From contig NC_045696.1 of NCBI RefSeq assembly GCF_009834535.1, forward strand, positions 66,404,001-66,468,000: 64,000 nucleotides of DNA, read 5' to 3'. Under the pieces are notes generated by a model, which was given only the letters and a program-made list of their open reading frames with translations, ran no database searches and had not been told where the DNA came from. Source of the DNA: Camelus ferus (lineage: Eukaryota). The translations under genes were made by a program, and so were the position numbers. This document shows positions 61,740-64,000 of the stretch, piece after piece (positions within the stretch are counted from its first letter, which is position 1; every line of letters starts with the position of its first letter).

Positions 61740-62565
61740 CCACTCCCTGACTCCCTCATCCCACTGCAACTCTTAAATTCCCTAGCTCCGTTGTCCCAAG
61801 ACCCAACCTAGGTTCCATCTTAGACTTGTTTTCCATCACACATCCATCATGACATTAAGCCTGTTGCTTCTTGGCATTTAACCTCTTGCAGCCACCCTTT
61901 CTCCCTTCATCACTGGGACTTAGTTCAAATCATAAAACTTCTATTGGGTCTCCCTGCATCCAGTCTTGTCCCATTCCAATTAGTTATATACAGTCCAGCC
62001 AGACTATTCTTCCAAAACAGAAGTTAAACTATGGCAATTTCGATGCTTTAAATCTTTTCAGTTCATTCTGGCCAAACTTGCCTCCTGCCCTCCAGCCCCT
62101 CACCCTAATTCCTTTCACCCCTTCTCAAGGATGAAGTTCAAACACCTTAATATGTCTTAAGAGGGATTCATGAGGGTGTTCTAAGGCCGATGTAAATGCA
62201 GTTTCCTCCACTGGAATATCCTTTTGCCCTATTGTCTGCTCCTTCCCTTCTTCTTGCATCCTCAGCCTGAATAACTCTCATTTGTGCATCTGAACTCAGC
62301 CCACATACCAGTTCCTTCAGAAAGCCTTCCAAGGCCTGGAAGCTGAGTTAGGGCTCATGTGCTGGGCTGGCTGACAACTGGTGTTTACTCTTTGTTAACA
62401 CATATGGCATCACTTTAAAACTGCACATTTATTGTGTACTTCCTCTATTATAGCTAGCAATTTGAGCACAAAGCCTATGCCTTTGAATTATTTGTGTAAC
62501 TCTGCAATGGTTGACATAATAGTTACACACATAGTAGGCCTTCAATAAGTATTAATGGAAAGAGT
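61740..62565 (+). mobile_element. L2 LINE fragment
   Basis: Pyrimidine-rich L2 body ending cacatagtaggccttcaataagtatt. Confidence 0.65.
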
Positions 62566-62974
62566 AAAGGATCTAATTAGTGAATAAAGGATTAATGTCA
62601 TGGAGAGCTCTGTAAATTCAAGTTGTATTATCAAGGAGAATTAACATATCAACACCTCCCTAGCCCTTGCCTAACACCCATCACTTCTGTAGTGTAGGGG
62701 AGTTTGATCACACTGTGTAACTTTGCAAGTGTTTATTTTTGCTGTTTTTCATTGGGAGACTATGATAGAGCTGTGATAAGCAAAGCAACTTAAAAAAAGT
62801 CTTGGCATTTGTGTGGACTTTGCCAGTGCTCAGGCTTTATGCTGGCTTTGTTTTTAGATTTTAATCAACCAGCAGAACCCCTGGCCAAAGTGTTTTGGCA
62901 CTGGTTGAATAACCACATTTTTATCAAATGAAAAATGAGTCAGAGTCTATAAATTCATTTCTGGTAATGGTTTA

Positions 62975-63135
62975 GGAGCATGCTGCTCAAACTTTAGCAG
63001 GCATAAGAATTCTGGAGAGGCCTGGAGTTACTAGTTCTCACCTTCAAAGATAGTTGGGACATGTCTCAATAATTTGCATTTCTTAAGCTCCCAGGTGGAG
63101 TTGATGCTCGGAATTCACAGACCATTGCCTAGCGC
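62975..63135. mobile_element. MER5A hAT MITE
   Basis: ctcaaactttagcaggcataagaat...aatttgcatttcttaagctcccaggtg. Confidence 0.6.
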
Positions 63136-63214
63136 TGGTGAGGCAACAATCAAGTTATTTACTGAGAACTTGCAGACACAGTGGGTAGGGAAATATCCTG
63201 CCAAAAGGGTATCC

Positions 63215-63675
63215 AATCAATTCCACAAATATTTATTGAGTACCTACTGGGCCACTGAGTGCCAGTTTACGCATTGGGATTCAGACATAAATATCTACCC
63301 CTTGCTCTGCTTCAAGGGCTCCTGGCATAGAGACAGAAACTAACACTGGGAAGTGAGATTGCAATACATCGTATGGCTGTCGAGATTAATCGTTCAGCTG
63401 TATGAGAGTATAGACGGGTGTGTGAGATGGGCAAAAATAGGAAAGGAAATTTCAGACGAGAGCATCAAAAGCTTTGGATCTCATCTTAGGGAATTTGTGC
63501 ATGCTTGTGTTTGCCAAGGGAAGACAGGATGTTTTGAAAAGGGAATGATACTGTTTCTTGCCACACTGATAACTTCTGATAGGAATATGTATGGCTGCGT
63601 GGAGGGACTGAGGATGGAAACAGAGACTAGTGAAGAGGTGGTTGCAATGGCTCCAGAAAAAGTAACGAGAGGGTA
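63215..63675 (-). mobile_element. L2 3' end
   Basis: caattccacaaatatttattgagtacctact...gaagaggtggttgcaatgg. Confidence 0.65.
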
Positions 63676-64000
63676 AAGCGGGGGAGTTGCAGTAAAATGT
63701 TAATAAAAGTATATATCCCCCCTCAGGCACAGCAATAGTACTCCTGGGGCTTCCTTACTTCTCAGGAATACTTTAAGGCCCCGTAAAGTCCTTATCAATC
63801 TGCTGTATTGACTCTTTTGAGAAACATCAGTTAAGACGTTGAGGTTTCTCAGTTGATGAAAGACCAATTCTCAGTTGAGAAACATCAAGTCTATTTTGTG
63901 TATTAATGCATTCTCAGCACATAATAATGTTTCTGGCACATATAGGTGGTAAGTAAATATATATTGATTAATTGTCAAACTGGAAAAGTCCCTACATATC

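Overview
Mammalian non-coding genomic DNA, AT-rich and dominated by interspersed repeats. Three tRNA-derived SINEs match the Vic-1 type, which points to a camelid (alpaca/llama/camel) genome. I find no supportable protein-coding gene, RNA gene or CRISPR array; the only recognisable ORF-track peptides are L1 ORF2 debris, so the window reads as intergenic or deep intronic. Content: old L1, L2 and MIR fragments, many hAT-Charlie/Tigger DNA-transposon relics, several LTRs (MLT1, MLT2, MER21, ERV1), microsatellites, one strong CTCF motif and several unique stretches with enhancer-like motif clusters. The most unusual item is a class II-like ERV remnant (37471-38384) with a 6-bp TSD, a tRNA-Trp primer-binding site and a duplicated LTR end. 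Other notable items are a twin-primed inverted L1, a three-tier nested insertion and a GLI/NRF1/Z-DNA module. I do not see evidence for a new multi-gene biological system. Repeat family names come from recalled consensus sequences, not from a search, and boundaries without a TSD are approximate.
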